Below the pieces are notes generated by a model. The model worked only from the letters and a program-made list of their open reading frames with translations. It searched no databases and was not told the DNA's origin. A program made the translations under genes and the position numbers. Shown here piece by piece: positions 46,656 through 57,268 of a stretch of 64,000 nucleotides of DNA (the stretch's first letter is position 1; the number at the start of each line of letters is the position of its first letter). Source of the stretch: Dehalococcoidia bacterium (GTDB lineage: Bacteria > Chloroflexota > Dehalococcoidia > Bin125); the NCBI GenBank assembly GCA_963663235.2, contig CAXXNO010000004.1:64001-128000 (forward strand), in the 5' to 3' direction.

Positions 46656-46726
46656 CTGGCGCTGTGGAGGAAGCGCGCGCGACCGCCGTTCAGGGCTCGC
46701 TACCGTCTAACTCCTAGGCCGCGACC

Positions 46727-48874
46727 CTAGGCCCCACGGAGCGTCTTGCGACGGTTGGCCACGAAGTCCACTAACAAATACTCGCCCAGATTGTCGGGTG
46801 TGGTGTAGAAGACCCGCCCCTTGTTCATCTTCGCCATCTGGTTCACGAACTCTTTGAGGTAATAGTTGCGATCCAGCATGAACGTGTTGATCACGATGTC
46901 CTTTTTGGTGCAGCGCTTCACTTCGCTGAGCGTCTCGCGGATCGTGATGGGGCTGGGCGGATAGGCGAAATAGCTGCGACCGCGCTCAAGGTGAGCGGTG
47001 GGTTCACCATCGGAGATCATGATGATCTGGCGGCTGCCGACCTTGTGCCGGGCAAGCAAGCCCTGCGCGATCATCAGCGCATGGTGCATGTTGGTGCCCA
47101 GGACGGTTTCGTCCCAGCGCACATAGGGCAGCTCCTCCTGCTTGAGCTCGCGCGCATAGGCGCTAAAGCCGACGAGGTAAAGGCTGTCCCGGGGATAGAG
47201 TGTGCGGATCAGATTGTTCAGCGCCAGCGCGACCTTCTTGGCCGACTGGAAGGAGCCCCGCAGCGCCATGGACCAGGAGAGGTCCAGCATGAGGACAGTT
47301 GCTGTCTGGGTGATCAGCTCGGAACGAAACACCTCGAAGTCCTGGGGGGCCAGCTGCACTGGCACGGACGGCCCCGCGCGGTAGATGGAGTTCATCACCG
47401 TCTTTTCCAGATGGATGAGGAAAGGGTCACCAAACTCATAGAGCTTTGAATCGTCGGCACGCTCTCCGTAGCGCCCGTACTTCACTACGGGATGCTTGCC
47501 GAAACTTTGCTTCTTGAGATTGGCGTAGATCTCGATCAGCGCCTTCTGGCCAATGTGGCGCGTGCCGCGTGGCGTCAGCTCCCAAGTCCCGCCGCGCTTG
47601 CGAATGTAGCCGGCCTTCTCCAGGATCTCCAGGAAGGACCGCAATCGGTCCAGCGTCTCGCGCGCCTCGTCGCCCAGCAACTCCTCTACCTCGTCGGCGT
47701 CGATGTCCGACAGGTCGCCGCCATACTGCGTGCGCTCTAGTTGCCGTTCCAGCTCATCCAACCCCTGCATCTCGCCCATGAGGTGCATCGCCGCCTGGAG
47801 GTCCAGCTCCGCATCGCCGCGGAAAGGGTACTGGTTCCGCAGATCGCGCATGGGGTAGAGCCGCTCCAGATTGGCGCCCAGATCCGCCAGCTGGCCCCGG
47901 AACTCCTCGTCGCCGACTTTGTCGGCGAGCAGGTCTTGAAGTTGGGAGCGCATGTCGCCGGGCAGCGAGTCAAGCAGACTCTGCATCTGGGCGGCCTGGT
48001 GTTGCATCTGCTCGATTAGCTCGTCGAGCGACTGCGGCGGATTGTCGCCGAAGAGGTCGCCGTATTGATCCATGAAGGCGTCGAAGTCGGGTTCTTCGCC
48101 GACCAGTCGCTGCTGCAACATGGCGTTGAGATCGTGCACCATTTGCTGCATGCGAGACATGTCCTCCAGGGACATGTTCTGGATCATCTGCGAGAGATCC
48201 TTGAAGAACGTTTGCATCATGGCTTGCTTCAAGGATTCCAGCAGCTCTTGGAAGCGCTGATGGGCCTCAGGGTGCATGAACTCGTATTCCTGCAAAGCCC
48301 GCACCTGGCCGCCCGGATCTTCCGGGAGAGCGTCCAAGGCCCGCTGCTTGCGTTCCACAATGTCGCGCAGCATGCTCGCAAACTCGTTCGGTTCCGCGCC
48401 GGATGGCTGTGCGTCGGACTGTGCCTCAGCGGACTCGGCGTCGTCTCCGGCGGCGCTCTCTCCAGCCGACGTCTCGGCGTCGGCCTCCGGGGCGCCTCCG
48501 GCCTCCGCCGCGTCCGTCGGAGGCGCCGACTGCGGTTGTGCCTCCACTTCGTCCAGCCGCTGTTCCAGAGTGCCGCGTTCCAGATCCAGGATCTCGTCGA
48601 GCTTGCGCTGGATGTCGTCGAAGACGGACTGGAGGTTGAACTGTTCGAGGGCGTCGCGTCGCTGCTGCCGGAGCTTTTGCAGCAGATCCCGCAGACCATC
48701 CGTGCGGGACCCGTCCGCGTCGCGCAGGCCGCGCTGGAGCAGGTTGCGCAGAGCGTGCTGCAGGTCGCCGAAATTCATCAGGTCGTCGGTCAGACCGTCG
48801 AGCAGTTCGTCGGCATCGAGCGGTGCGACGTCCTGGGTGCCGTCCCATTCGCGGTAGCGAAGTCGCTCGGGCAT
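46727..48874 (-). CDS. VWA domain-containing protein
   Basis: RYREWDGTQ N-terminus, MIDAS DLSWS, GTN, ISDGEPTAH. Confidence 0.88.
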   Translation of the reverse strand: MPERLRYREWDGTQDVAPLDADELLDGLTDDLMNFGDLQHALRNLLQRGLRDADGSRTDGLRDLLQKLRQQRRDALEQFNLQSVFDDIQRKLDEILDLERGTLEQRLDEVEAQPQSAPPTDAAEAGGAPEADAETSAGESAAGDDAESAEAQSDAQPSGAEPNEFASMLRDIVERKQRALDALPEDPGGQVRALQEYEFMHPEAHQRFQELLESLKQAMMQTFFKDLSQMIQNMSLEDMSRMQQMVHDLNAMLQQRLVGEEPDFDAFMDQYGDLFGDNPPQSLDELIEQMQHQAAQMQSLLDSLPGDMRSQLQDLLADKVGDEEFRGQLADLGANLERLYPMRDLRNQYPFRGDAELDLQAAMHLMGEMQGLDELERQLERTQYGGDLSDIDADEVEELLGDEARETLDRLRSFLEILEKAGYIRKRGGTWELTPRGTRHIGQKALIEIYANLKKQSFGKHPVVKYGRYGERADDSKLYEFGDPFLIHLEKTVMNSIYRAGPSVPVQLAPQDFEVFRSELITQTATVLMLDLSWSMALRGSFQSAKKVALALNNLIRTLYPRDSLYLVGFSAYARELKQEELPYVRWDETVLGTNMHHALMIAQGLLARHKVGSRQIIMISDGEPTAHLERGRSYFAYPPSPITIRETLSEVKRCTKKDIVINTFMLDRNYYLKEFVNQMAKMNKGRVFYTTPDNLGEYLLVDFVANRRKTLRGA

Positions 48875-48897
48875 GCCGCCCCGTCCTCCGCGACGAA

Positions 48898-50295
48898 CTA
48901 GCCGCGGTACTGCGTCTGGGAGCCGACGCGGTCCCGGTTGAGCCGCTTGTTGAGGTGCAGGCCTTCCAGGACGAACTCGACGGCGCTGGCCGTCAGCGCG
49001 GCGTCGCCGTCCGTCCCGAGCGGATGGACAGCGTCGCTCATCCCCTCGATCTGGTCGAGTAGGTCTTGATAGTCACGGGCAGACATCCGGTCACTCACCT
49101 CGACAGAGAGGCCGGCCTTGAACTGGCTCACGATCTCTTCCAGGTCCACGACGTTAAAGCGTCGATTGAACACGGAGGCGACGGCCCCTTGGATCAGTTT
49201 CTCGACGATCTGATCCTCGCGGCCCTCCTCCACCATCTCCAACTCCAGCTTGCCCTGCACAGCCGGGTAGATCGACGGGAGATCGGTGATCCGGGGCACC
49301 ACGTGCTCCTCGCCCAAGCGGATCGCCCGCCGGGCCGCGTTGGCTACCACGGTTTCGTGCGCTGCGATGGAGGCGCGCACGGACACGCCAGAACGCTGGT
49401 TGACGTCCGGGCTCCGGCGGGCTAGACGGGAAACCTCTGTGACGATCTCCTCCACGTAGTCCGGCACGGTGATGCGCAGCCCCTCCAGGTTGAGCGGCGA
49501 CCGCTCCTGCCGGACGATCTGCACTTCGGTCTCGATATCAGTGGGGTAATGCGTGCGGATCTGGGCGCCGTAGCGATCCTTGAGTGGTGTGATGATCCGG
49601 CCGCGGTTGGTGTAATCCTCCGGATTGGCACTCGCCACGATGAGCACATCCAGCGACAGGCGGACACGAAAGCCCCGGATCTGGACATCGCGCTCTTCCA
49701 TCAAGTTGAGCAGTCCCACTTGGATCCGCTCGGCCAGGTCCGGGAGCTCGTTGATGCAGAAGATCCCGCGGTTGGAGCGTGGCACGAGGCCGTAGTGGAT
49801 CGTCATCTCGTCGGCCAGATACCGGCCCTCGGCGACCTTGATGGGATCAACCTCACCGATCAGGTCCGCGATGGTGATGTCCGGCGTGGCGAGCTTCTCG
49901 CCGTAGCGCTCCTCCCGGGACAGCCATCGGAGCGGTGCCTTGTCTCCCTGCTGTTCGACAAGCTCACGCCCAGCCTTGGAGATCGGCGCGAACGGGTTCT
50001 CGGGAAGCTCGACGCCATCGAGGATGGGGATTTCCTCATCCAGAAGGGTGGGGAGCAGCCGCATCAGGCGGCTCTTCGCTTGCCCGCGCTCGCCCAAGAA
50101 GATGATGTCCTGCCCCGCCACGATGGCGTTTTCCAGCGCGGGGAAGACGGATTCCTCGTAGCCCAGCACCTCCGGGAAGATCGGATCCTCGCTCCGGATC
50201 TTGGCGATCACATTCTTGCGTAACTCTTCCCGAACGGTAAGAACCGTGTAGCCGCTCTTGCGCAATTCGCGGACCGTGCGTGGTTTCGCTGCCAC
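48898..50295 (-). CDS. AAA+ ATPase, magnesium-chelatase-subunit-like partner of the VWA protein
   Basis: GERGQAKS, EKLATPD, INELPDL, ANPEDYTNRGRIITPLKDR. Confidence 0.88.
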   Translation of the reverse strand: MAAKPRTVRELRKSGYTVLTVREELRKNVIAKIRSEDPIFPEVLGYEESVFPALENAIVAGQDIIFLGERGQAKSRLMRLLPTLLDEEIPILDGVELPENPFAPISKAGRELVEQQGDKAPLRWLSREERYGEKLATPDITIADLIGEVDPIKVAEGRYLADEMTIHYGLVPRSNRGIFCINELPDLAERIQVGLLNLMEERDVQIRGFRVRLSLDVLIVASANPEDYTNRGRIITPLKDRYGAQIRTHYPTDIETEVQIVRQERSPLNLEGLRITVPDYVEEIVTEVSRLARRSPDVNQRSGVSVRASIAAHETVVANAARRAIRLGEEHVVPRITDLPSIYPAVQGKLELEMVEEGREDQIVEKLIQGAVASVFNRRFNVVDLEEIVSQFKAGLSVEVSDRMSARDYQDLLDQIEGMSDAVHPLGTDGDAALTASAVEFVLEGLHLNKRLNRDRVGSQTQYRG

Positions 50296-50338
50296 TCAGG
50301 ATCCCCCTTACCCTCGCCCGCCAGCCAGACGGAGGCCG

Positions 50339-51346
50339 TCACGATTCCCGCGCCAGGATGCGTGCGACTTCATCCGGCTCGAAGCGCGGAAGTGGAGCAA
50401 CGCCTCCGTCTTGCACCAGTATAGCCGGATCTCCGGGCTGGCTCAGATGACCGATCTGCGCGGTCTCGACGCCAGCGCTCCGCAGTTGCCGTAGTGCTGC
50501 ATCGGCGTGCGCCGACGCCACAGTGATCAATAACGATCCCGACGCCAAGAGACCCATGGGATCGGCTGCGAGCGCGCCGCAGACCTGCCGCGTGAGCGAA
50601 TGGAGTAGGACGCGTGACGCGTCGACCACCACACCCAGCCCGGCTGCTTGGGCGATCTCCCAGCACCCAGTGGTGATCCCGCCTTCTGTCGGATCATGCA
50701 GCGCGTGCAAGCCGGGCAGCGTCCAAGCCATCCGGGCCACAGGAAGAACGCTGATGCCTGGGTCGAAGAGGAGCGCGGCGGCGGCGGAGACCGTCGCCTC
50801 CGAAACGCCGGCCGCCGCGAGCCGCTCCGGCGCCTCGCGCGCCAGCAGCGCCGTACCTTCGATGGCGGCCGAGCCCAGTTGGAAGAGTGCGTCCCCCGGC
50901 TGTGCGGCGTCGCTACGGCGCAGGCGATCGTGACGCACTTCCCCGGCCATGGTGCCGATCACGATCACCTGCGCCACAGCCGAGGTCACTTCGGTGTGGC
51001 CGCCGACCAAGATCGCGCCCACGGCGTCGCAGGCGGCGCGCAGATCGGCGAAGATCGCCGCGACGTCGTCCTCGTCGCTGGTGAGCGGCAGGAGAATGGT
51101 GGCGAGAAACCAGCGCGGCTCGGCGCCGAGGCAGGCCACGTCATTGGCGCTTACGTGCACGGCGTACCAGCCGGCCCGCTCCGCCGTAAACGAGACCGGG
51201 TCCGACGTCAGGACCAGCGCACGGTCGCCCAGGTCAATGACGGCGGCATCGCGGCCGATCCCCGGCCCGATCAAGAGGCGATCGTCGCTGGGGAGGCCGC
51301 GCAGGAAGCGGTCCAGGAGCTCTGGCGGAACCTTTCCCTCACGCAC
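50339..51346 (-). CDS. AIR synthase/PurM-like family protein
   Basis: GK.P, GPGIG.DAA, SDP, NDVA, GGHTEV, HDPTEGG. Confidence 0.85.
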   Translation of the reverse strand: MREGKVPPELLDRFLRGLPSDDRLLIGPGIGRDAAVIDLGDRALVLTSDPVSFTAERAGWYAVHVSANDVACLGAEPRWFLATILLPLTSDEDDVAAIFADLRAACDAVGAILVGGHTEVTSAVAQVIVIGTMAGEVRHDRLRRSDAAQPGDALFQLGSAAIEGTALLAREAPERLAAAGVSEATVSAAAALLFDPGISVLPVARMAWTLPGLHALHDPTEGGITTGCWEIAQAAGLGVVVDASRVLLHSLTRQVCGALAADPMGLLASGSLLITVASAHADAALRQLRSAGVETAQIGHLSQPGDPAILVQDGGVAPLPRFEPDEVARILARES

Positions 51347-51369
51347 CTGGCGGGTCGATGACAGCCGGG

Positions 51370-52755
51370 CTAGCCGTTTTCCAACTCCGACGAATGCTGG
51401 AGACAGGACGGGCCGCCGTCCTCGTCGTCGTGCGCGTGAGCGCCCCCGGAGATCTGCGGCTCCGCGACAACGGCCGAGGGAAACTCCAACTCCGGACTGC
51501 GGCGGCGCACGCTCCCGGCGACGAGTTCGCCGCCCTTGTAGACCCGCTCCAGCCGCTCGTGTCGCTGCAGGATGCTGATGTCGGCCAGCGGGTCCCCATC
51601 GATGACCAAGGCATCGGCGTAGTAGCCGGGCGCGAGGCGGCCCACCTCGTCACCCATGTAGATGGTGTCCGCGCCCACGCGCGTGGCCGACTGGATCGCC
51701 TCCATGGGGGTGAAACCGGTCTCCGTCACCATCAGCTCCAGCTCGATCGCGATGACGGACTGGGGGTTGAAGCGATGTCCGGAATCGCTGCCGACCACCA
51801 TAGGAATGCCCTTGGCGCGGGCCAGCTTGACGCTCTCCATATGCAGAACCAGGTCGCCGCGGAACTTCTCCACCACCCACTGCGGGAAGCCGGCCTCGGC
51901 CCCCTTGTGGACGTAGAGGTAGAGCACCGAGATTGTGGGCACCAGGATGGTTCCCATGCGTAGCATCAGGTCGGCGCCTTCTTCGTCCAGGAACGAGCCG
52001 TGCTCGATGGTCCGGACCCCGGCGCGCACGGCGTTCTTGATCCCCTCCGTGGCCTGCGCGTGACAGGCGACTTGCACGCCGTTGCGCTTCGCCTCGTTCA
52101 CAACGACGGCCATCTCCTCCTCCGTCATGGTCTGCTTGGTGGACGAGGAGAAGGGGCTGATGCCGGTGCCGCTGGCCTCGACCTTGATGCAGTCGGCGCC
52201 GTACTTGATCTCGGCGCGGGTCGCCTTAAGCATCTCCTCCGGCCCGTTTACCACGATGCCCAGAGCCGTGCGGTTGTCCACCCAGTCGCCGTACATGTCG
52301 GCCAGCCCTCCGGTAGTGGTGAGGATGCGGCCGCCGGCCTTCATTCGTGGCCCTTTGATCACCCCCTCGTTGATCATGTCGCGCAGGGCGATCGAGATCA
52401 GGCCCCGGGCCCCGACGTCGCGGGCGCTCGTGAACCCGATCTCCAGCAGGGTCTGAGCGTTGCGCGCCGCGAGGATGGTGGAATGCTCCATGGGGCGGCG
52501 CAAGTCATAGTCTTCGAAGCAGGTGACATCCGTGTAGGTGGGATGAAAGTGACAGTCGATCATGCCCGGCATGATGGTGCGGCCCGAGAGGTCCACCGTC
52601 TCACCCTGGCCGTGGGGCGGCGCCTTCACCTGGTCCACCGGGCCAACGGCGGTGATGCGCTCGCCCTCGATGAGCACGCTGCCTCGATCCAGCGGCTCGG
52701 GGCTCACCCCATCGATGATGCGCCCGTTCTCCAGCAACAGATAAGCGTCCATCAC
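51370..52755 (-). CDS. Amidohydrolase family protein
   Basis: PGMIDCHFH, ACHA, IEHG, GSDSG, G.LAPG..AD. Confidence 0.9.
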   Translation of the reverse strand: MMDAYLLLENGRIIDGVSPEPLDRGSVLIEGERITAVGPVDQVKAPPHGQGETVDLSGRTIMPGMIDCHFHPTYTDVTCFEDYDLRRPMEHSTILAARNAQTLLEIGFTSARDVGARGLISIALRDMINEGVIKGPRMKAGGRILTTTGGLADMYGDWVDNRTALGIVVNGPEEMLKATRAEIKYGADCIKVEASGTGISPFSSSTKQTMTEEEMAVVVNEAKRNGVQVACHAQATEGIKNAVRAGVRTIEHGSFLDEEGADLMLRMGTILVPTISVLYLYVHKGAEAGFPQWVVEKFRGDLVLHMESVKLARAKGIPMVVGSDSGHRFNPQSVIAIELELMVTETGFTPMEAIQSATRVGADTIYMGDEVGRLAPGYYADALVIDGDPLADISILQRHERLERVYKGGELVAGSVRRRSPELEFPSAVVAEPQISGGAHAHDDEDGGPSCLQHSSELENG

Positions 52756-52985
52756 GCCCTCCCGCGACGATCGTGGCGTCGGCGTTCACCGAGAGATCGC
52801 CAGTGTGTCTCGCTGATCTCCTCCTCGTCAACAGCAGCTGTTTTACACCATTCGATCAATCGCTTGACGCGCCCTTCACGTGCGCGGACGACCCTGGGAT
52901 CGGGGGTGGGCTGGAAACGGGCGGCATACAATGGCGTCACGACGTTGAGCCCGGGTTTCGCCCGACGAAGCGATGAGGACGTACC

Positions 52986-53672
52986 GTGAAGACCATCCTG
53001 ATTGCCGACGATGAGGAGCACATCCGCGAGTTGTGCACACTCTATCTGGAAAAGGAAGGCTATCGCGTCCTTGCCGCGGAGGACGGCGAAGCGGCGCTGG
53101 AAACGGCGCGCGCGAGGCGGCCGGACCTCATCGTCCTAGACGTGATGATGCCGAAGATGGACGGCCTGGAAGTGTGCCGCACCCTCCGCAAGGAGTCGGA
53201 GGTGCCGATTCTCATGCTCACGGCCCGCGCGGACGATATCGACCGCATCGTCGGGCTGGAGCTGGGTGCGGACGACTATGTGGGCAAGCCGTTCCACCCT
53301 CGCGAACTCGCCGCCCGCGTTAAGGCGATCCTGCGGCGCGCCGAGGGCGAGAGCCGATCGACGCACGGCGTCGTGCGTGCGGGACCGCTCACTATCGACT
53401 GGCAGCGGCGCGAGGCCACCGTCGACGGCGAGGCGATCTCGCTTCGCACCAAGGAGTTCGACCTGCTCCGGGCTTTGGCCGAGCACGAAGGCATTGTGAT
53501 GACGCGGGAACAGCTGCTGGAGCGCGTCTGGGGCTACGACTTCTACGGCGAGACCCGCACGGTCGACGTTCACGTCACGCAGGTGCGCCGCAAGCTCGGC
53601 GACCACGGGGTGAGCATCCAGACGGTGCGCGGCGTGGGCTACAAGCTAGTAGTCGACCCGGCGAAGCCGTGA
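52986..53672 (+). CDS. OmpR-family response regulator
   Basis: ADDE, LDVMMP, LTA, GADDY.KPF, RTVDVH, TVRGVGY. Confidence 0.95.
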   Translation: MKTILIADDEEHIRELCTLYLEKEGYRVLAAEDGEAALETARARRPDLIVLDVMMPKMDGLEVCRTLRKESEVPILMLTARADDIDRIVGLELGADDYVGKPFHPRELAARVKAILRRAEGESRSTHGVVRAGPLTIDWQRREATVDGEAISLRTKEFDLLRALAEHEGIVMTREQLLERVWGYDFYGETRTVDVHVTQVRRKLGDHGVSIQTVRGVGYKLVVDPAKP

Positions 53673-53700
53673 CGGTGGCGCCGGCGGAGCGGGAGTCGGC

Positions 53701-55131
53701 GTGATCCTGGCAAGCCTCCAGGCCCGCATCATCGGCGGATTCGCGCTGGTGATCCTGCTGACGCTGGTCGTCGCCGGCGTGGTCTTCTTTTCGCTGCTGG
53801 GCGGATACCGGCAGGCGATCGACCGCAACGCGCTGATTCCCCTGGCCGACCAGGTCACGTTCGGCTTGAGCCAGTTCGCCGCCCGGAACCTGCCGCCGGA
53901 CGCACTCGCCAGCTACGTGGCCGTCCAATCCGAGGAGACCGGCGTGCTGGTGTTCATCCTGGATTCGTCGGGCCGTGTCGTGCAGGATCTGTCGCCGGCC
54001 TCGGAGTACGAGCGCCTGCAACTGCCGGTCACGCTGGCCGACGTCCGCCGGAGCCCGACCCGCTACGTCGAGGGTGAAGTGGACACCGGTGATGGGCGGA
54101 TCTCCTTCCTGGCCCGCATGCTGCCGGTACGACCGTCGCAGCGCGGCTCCTTTGTGGCGATTGCGCTACCGGACACAGCGACCTCGGACATCATCGGCGA
54201 CCTCACGCCGCGGCTGCTGCTATCGGGCCTGATCGGCCTCGCGGTGGCCCTGGTGGTTGCATTCTGGGTCAGCCGGTCGATTTACAACCCTCTGGAGCGG
54301 GTCACCGCGGCCGTCCGGGCCGTGGGCGGCGGCCGCTACGAGACCCGCGTGCCGGAGAGCGGGACCGTAGAGGTTCGCGATCTGGCGCGCGCCTTCAACC
54401 GCATGACGACCCAGGTACAGACCAATCAGGAGACGCTGCAGAACTTCATGGCGGACGTGAGCCACGAGCTCCGCACGCCCCTGACATCGATTCGGGGCTT
54501 CACGCAGGCGCTGCTGGACGGGACCGTCCGGGACGAACCGCGCCGCGCCAGCTCCCTTGCGGTCATCGACGACGAAGCGCGACGCATGCTGCGCTTGGTG
54601 GAAGACCTGATGGACCTCTCGCGGATCCAGGCGGGCGAGCTCAACCTGCGCCCGGAGCCGGTGGACGCCGCCGAGTTGCTCACCCACGTCGCGGAGATCT
54701 TCCGGCAACGTGCGGCCCACAAGGGCATCGACTTGCGCGTGGAGAGCGCCCCGGACCTGCCACGCGCGCACTGCGACTACGATCGCATTGTCCAGGTCAT
54801 CACGAACCTCGTCGATAATGCGATCCAGTACACGGCGGTCGGCAGCGTGACACTGCGGGCCGGGCCCGGCGACGGATCGGTCGTTCTGATCGTTGAAGAC
54901 ACCGGCGAAGGGATCCCCGCCCAGGAGCTGCCGCAACTCTTCGATCGCTTCTTTCGCGGTGAGCGCTCCGAACGCCGCCGAGGCACGGGCTTGGGGCTGG
55001 CCATCGCTCGCGAGATCGTGCGCGCTCAGGGTGGCGAGATCGTCGCCACCAGCGATCCCGGCGTTGGCACCACGTTCCAGATCACCCTCCCCACCCACAT
55101 CCCCTCGTCGCCCTGGCAGGGCGGCTCGTGA
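53701..55131 (+). CDS. HAMP-domain sensor histidine kinase
   Basis: Two TM helices, HAMP, SHELRTPL, NLVDNA, D.G.GI, GTGLGL. Confidence 0.95.
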   Translation: MILASLQARIIGGFALVILLTLVVAGVVFFSLLGGYRQAIDRNALIPLADQVTFGLSQFAARNLPPDALASYVAVQSEETGVLVFILDSSGRVVQDLSPASEYERLQLPVTLADVRRSPTRYVEGEVDTGDGRISFLARMLPVRPSQRGSFVAIALPDTATSDIIGDLTPRLLLSGLIGLAVALVVAFWVSRSIYNPLERVTAAVRAVGGGRYETRVPESGTVEVRDLARAFNRMTTQVQTNQETLQNFMADVSHELRTPLTSIRGFTQALLDGTVRDEPRRASSLAVIDDEARRMLRLVEDLMDLSRIQAGELNLRPEPVDAAELLTHVAEIFRQRAAHKGIDLRVESAPDLPRAHCDYDRIVQVITNLVDNAIQYTAVGSVTLRAGPGDGSVVLIVEDTGEGIPAQELPQLFDRFFRGERSERRRGTGLGLAIAREIVRAQGGEIVATSDPGVGTTFQITLPTHIPSSPWQGGS

Positions 55132-55223
55132 GGGTGCTCGTCGCGCGGACACGGCGCTGGTAGCATTCGGCTCGGCGGCCGTGCGCCGGCGCTCGTCCGC
55201 TTTTCGTCCGGAAAGGTACGGCC

Positions 55224-56174
55224 TTGGGGGACCCGAGCACACAGGTCGCGCAGGTCGCGGGCGAGCTCGTCGCCGAGTGGGCGGAGCGCGAGCGCGGCCT
55301 GACCGTGTCCACCGGCGGCTCCGAGCCCGTCGATGCCGGTCTGTCCCTTCTCTCCCTCAGCATCGACGGCCGCAGCCTGGCGCTCGCCGTGGTGCCGCTC
55401 TTTCCGGTACAAGCGACCGCCGACACGCTCCGCCGCAAGGCGGCGATTGAAGAGCGGTTGGCGCAAGTGGGCGCCGGCTCCGTGGTCGTCTGGGTTCCGC
55501 CCGGGGCCGAGGTCCCGATGGACGACGGGGACGCGTTCGTCTCGCGCGTCGCGGAGGCGGCGGCGGCCCTCGGGCCGGGCGAGCGCGGCGAGGTCAAGTT
55601 TCCCGTTCTCCTGGACCTGCGCAGGAACGACGACAACGGCACGTACCTGAGCGCGGTTGGGGGGCTAGCGCCCCATTGGGCGCGCTTCACGAACCGCGTG
55701 TTCGGCTACTACCAGCTAGACAGCAGCGCCATTCACCGCCTCCCGGAGGATCCGGAAAAGGTCACGCAGCTCATTGAATTCATCGTGCTGGTGGCCAACG
55801 GGATCCGGACGGTGGGGAAATCGGCGGAGGTGAAAGCGGAGGACACCTGGATCGTGCAGCGGCTGCGCTCATTGCCCGGCCCGGTTCTGCTCGCCGCCGC
55901 CCCCGACGCCGCCCCGGACGACGGCGCCATTGTCCGGCGGGCCCTACGGACGGGCGTCAAGCTGGCGGCGAGCAAGCTCTCCACGGTCCAGGCCGATACC
56001 AAGGCGCTGGCCTTCGTGGGGATCTATCGATCGCTGGCGGAGGAGAATGCGACCATCGCGTTGCGGGGAATGGATCCGTCCGTCTTCGCCCACTTCGACT
56101 TTGCCTGCCTGCTTGCGGACGGCAGGCTCAAGCCGCTCTTCGGCCCGAAGCCGGGAACGGCTCTCAGCGCGTGA
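55224..56174 (+). CDS. Hypothetical protein
   Basis: 316-aa ORF with normal composition filling the gap; no motif recognised. Confidence 0.7.
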   Translation: MGDPSTQVAQVAGELVAEWAERERGLTVSTGGSEPVDAGLSLLSLSIDGRSLALAVVPLFPVQATADTLRRKAAIEERLAQVGAGSVVVWVPPGAEVPMDDGDAFVSRVAEAAAALGPGERGEVKFPVLLDLRRNDDNGTYLSAVGGLAPHWARFTNRVFGYYQLDSSAIHRLPEDPEKVTQLIEFIVLVANGIRTVGKSAEVKAEDTWIVQRLRSLPGPVLLAAAPDAAPDDGAIVRRALRTGVKLAASKLSTVQADTKALAFVGIYRSLAEENATIALRGMDPSVFAHFDFACLLADGRLKPLFGPKPGTALSA

Positions 56175-56184
56175 GGACGGCTCG

Positions 56185-56373
56185 CTAGAGGGTCTTGCTT
56201 CGCCGCCGCCGCCGGGCCGCGCGGCGCTCCGCCTGTCGCTCTTTCTCACGGTTGGAGATGAAGTGGCGCCGGCGGCGCGCCTCCTGGAGGACGCCATCGC
56301 GCTGGATCATCTTGTTGAAGCGGCGCAGGAGCTGCTCGGAGTCCTCGCCGTCCCTCCTCGTAACCTGTAGCAA
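56185..56373 (-). CDS. rpsU: 30S ribosomal protein bS21
   Basis: TTG start after GGAGG; V...GED.EQLLRRF.K....G.L.E.RRR.HF. Confidence 0.88.
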   Translation of the reverse strand: MLQVTRRDGEDSEQLLRRFNKMIQRDGVLQEARRRRHFISNREKERQAERRAARRRRRSKTL

Positions 56374-56664
56374 AGGCCCCTCCGTGGGACGCTCCGCCGC
56401 CGGACGGCAGCGGGAAGCCCCACCCAAATACCAGCGACAGCCTAACACCGCGCCTGCGGAACGGACAATTGGCCAGCACGCACAGGAGCGGCGCGCCCCT
56501 CATGCCGGTTCACTTGTTGGATCCGGCCCTTCCCCTCATTTCGCGACGGATCGGCCCGGGTTCCGCATCGAAGTGAAAGGCTAGGGTTTCGTGGGGACGC
56601 CGGATAGGCGACGCGTCGATGGTAGACAGGCCGGGGGTAAGCGGTGGACGACTGATGGCGTGGG

Positions 56665-57228
56665 TCACTCCGCGTCGGGAATCACTCCGAGGAAGCGGAG
56701 GAATCCTGGCCGCGTGCCACGGACGTTCCGCCGACGATTCCAGCGCCGCACCTGCTCGGTGTACGCGTCGCTCTGACGCTCATTCCAACGGGAAAGCGAA
56801 GACACCTGGCGGCGCGTGTAGTCGCCATCCCAGTCGTGCGGGCACTCCACGATGCGGCTCAATGAGATGCGCTCGAGCGCGCCCGTGTCGGAGACGGTCA
56901 CGTTGAAGGGATGCTCGCGGCAGGTCACGGGCCGGTGGTCGTAAATCGTGCAACGGTTCTCGTCATCCAGGAAGGTGCAGCGGGGACCACGTTGCCAGCG
57001 GAGCGCCATGACGGCCCGCCGATCGCCGAAGCGGAGCCACCAAGGGCTGTCTTTGGCCAAGCTCACGCGCTCCGTGTCGAAGAAGCGGACGAAGTCCTGG
57101 GGGTCGCGGCCGGTCCCCTCGGCGATGCGCTGGACGTCGGTGTCGGTCAGCATCACCACCGTGCCACGACAACAGTTGCCGCAGCCGGTGCAGCGGAACT
57201 TGAGGTACTTGCGCCAGTCCATCCCCAC
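56665..57228 (-). CDS. YkgJ family CxxCxxCC cysteine-cluster protein
   Basis: FRCTGCGNCC, C.FL....C.IY..RP..CR..PF. Confidence 0.88.
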   Translation of the reverse strand: MGMDWRKYLKFRCTGCGNCCRGTVVMLTDTDVQRIAEGTGRDPQDFVRFFDTERVSLAKDSPWWLRFGDRRAVMALRWQRGPRCTFLDDENRCTIYDHRPVTCREHPFNVTVSDTGALERISLSRIVECPHDWDGDYTRRQVSSLSRWNERQSDAYTEQVRRWNRRRNVRGTRPGFLRFLGVIPDAE

Positions 57229-57268
57229 CGCCGCGGACTTCCTCTCGCGAGCCGGATCGGCCCGGGCA

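Noticed and set aside
48898-51346. Mg-chelatase (photosynthesis) and HypE (hydrogenase maturation) interpretations
   Set aside because: No bch or hyp genes nearby, and the PurM-like protein lacks the C-terminal PRIC cysteine of HypE
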